Assembly: GCA_051887355.1 (NCBI GenBank)
Contig: JBJEZK010000007.1
Span: 3,497 to 67,496 of the forward strand
DNA length: 64,000 bases
Direction of reading: 5' to 3'
Source of the DNA: Acutalibacteraceae bacterium
GTDB lineage: Bacteria; Bacillota; Clostridia; Oscillospirales; Acutalibacteraceae
Shown piece after piece: positions 63,022 to 64,000 of this stretch (within the stretch, counting starts at the first letter, position 1; each line of letters starts with the position of its first letter). The translations under genes were made by a program, and so were the position numbers. The notes under the pieces were generated by a model. It did no database searches. It was not told the DNA's origin and worked only from the letters and a program-made list of their open reading frames with translations.

Positions 63022-64000
63022 ATGAAAAAAATATGTTTTATTGGATTCGGTCTTTTTACGATAGGCGGATGTCAGAGGGTAACGATATCTCTTGCGAATA
63101 ATCTATGTGATAAATATGAAACTTACTTGCTTTCTTTGTGTGAGATTCCTAAAAATCATGGATATGAAGTAGATAAAAAAGTTAAAGTTTACTCTTTGGG
63201 AATGCCGTTGGACATAAGAGCTCGTCAATCTTTAATGGTAGGACTGGAAATAAAAAAATTTCTGGATAAAAACGGGATAGATATTTTATTTGTGGCAGGC
63301 TCTTTACCTATTCCGGTAGTGTGTGCTTTGAAACCTTTTGTAAAAACAAAAATAGTTTTTTGTGATCACGAAAATTTAATGGGAAGAGATAAAAAATCTA
63401 TATTTTTCAGAAGGCTCGCATGTAAAATTTGCGATAAGGTTGTTGTGCTAACTGACCAAACTCTCAAAGATTATAAAGATAAATTTAGAATTAGCGACAA
63501 AAAAATAAGCCAAATATACAATTTTATAGACTGCCCTCAAGTTGAAGATTGTGATTTAAATTCCAAAAAAATAATTTCTGTCGGAAGGATAAGCTCCGAA
63601 AAAGGATTCGATATGGCTGTGGAAGTGGCAAGTGATGTGTTCAGTAAGCATCCTGAGTGGCAATGGCACGTTTACGGCGATGGGCCAGATATGAATAAAA
63701 TAAAATCTAAGATCAGAGAATATAATTTGGAAGGTAAATTCATCATGAAGGGAGCGGATAGCTCGGTAAGGAATAAATATAAAGATTATAGTATTTATGT
63801 TTTGCCGTCTTATCGAGAGGGTTTTGCTGTTGTTTTGCTTGAAGCAAAGGTCAGCTCCATGCCGATTGTAAGTTTTGACTGCAGTTGTGGTCCGTCAGAG
63901 ATAGTTAATAGTGGAGTAGACGGATATCTAATCTCGTGTTACAATAAGAGGGATATGGCCGAAAAAATTTGTAAACTTATCGAAGATTGTGATTTAAGAA
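63022..64000 (+). CDS. GT-B glycosyltransferase (GT4-type), 3' end cut by window edge
   Basis: ATG after GAGGAG. 'SVGRISSEKGFDMAVE', 'YVLPSYREGFAVVLLEA' and 'PIVSFDCSCGPSEIV' (EX7E region). The frame is open to the end of the window. Confidence 0.85.
   Translation, partial: MKKICFIGFGLFTIGGCQRVTISLANNLCDKYETYLLSLCEIPKNHGYEVDKKVKVYSLGMPLDIRARQSLMVGLEIKKFLDKNGIDILFVAGSLPIPVVCALKPFVKTKIVFCDHENLMGRDKKSIFFRRLACKICDKVVVLTDQTLKDYKDKFRISDKKISQIYNFIDCPQVEDCDLNSKKIISVGRISSEKGFDMAVEVASDVFSKHPEWQWHVYGDGPDMNKIKSKIREYNLEGKFIMKGADSSVRNKYKDYSIYVLPSYREGFAVVLLEAKVSSMPIVSFDCSCGPSEIVNSGVDGYLISCYNKRDMAEKICKLIEDCDLR

Overview
AT-rich (roughly 30% GC) chromosomal core region of an endospore-forming Firmicute, Clostridia-like. 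There is no transposase, integrase, CRISPR array or rRNA in the window. Most of it is recognisable housekeeping and sporulation content. Housekeeping genes, in order: potCD, cmk, plsC, ispH, thiT, an Amidase_3 amidase, ferritin, tRNA-Gly and tRNA-Leu, nif3/trmK, ybeY-dgkA-era-yqzL-recO, feoAB, an OmpR-type two-component system, prmC, tgt, asd-dapA-dapB, queA, rpsB-tsf, pgi, rpmF, der, plsY, typA, rplS, two tandem signal peptidases, a NitT/TauT-type ABC importer, ireB, aroQ, yqeG, rpsU, and a GT2-LicD-TarI-TarJ-GT4 cell-envelope glycopolymer cluster. Sporulation genes: the complete spoIIIAA-AH operon, a YabE-like G5/3D protein, ylbJ, yqfC-yqfD and cotJABC. The best candidate for something undescribed is a self-contained two-gene operon on the minus strand (28229-31538). 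It has a perfect TTGACA-17-TATAAT promoter and its own terminator. It encodes a 227-aa protein whose motifs resemble the tube-fold domain of contractile injection systems and phage tails, then an 828-aa orphan protein that is highly charged and largely low-complexity, with PEDNEE tandem repeats. No sheath, baseplate, spike or ATPase gene is present anywhere in the 64 kb. Other items worth a second look: an orphan double-glycine-leader peptide, a decayed tRNA-like element in the leader of a zinc-ribbon gene, an S21 protein with a 44-aa acidic N-terminal extension, an (AT)9 tract in a promoter spacer, ispH with no canonical start codon, and a long leader with a palindrome and a 45-codon ORF upstream of ybeY. 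All functional calls come from motif recognition by eye; no searches were run.
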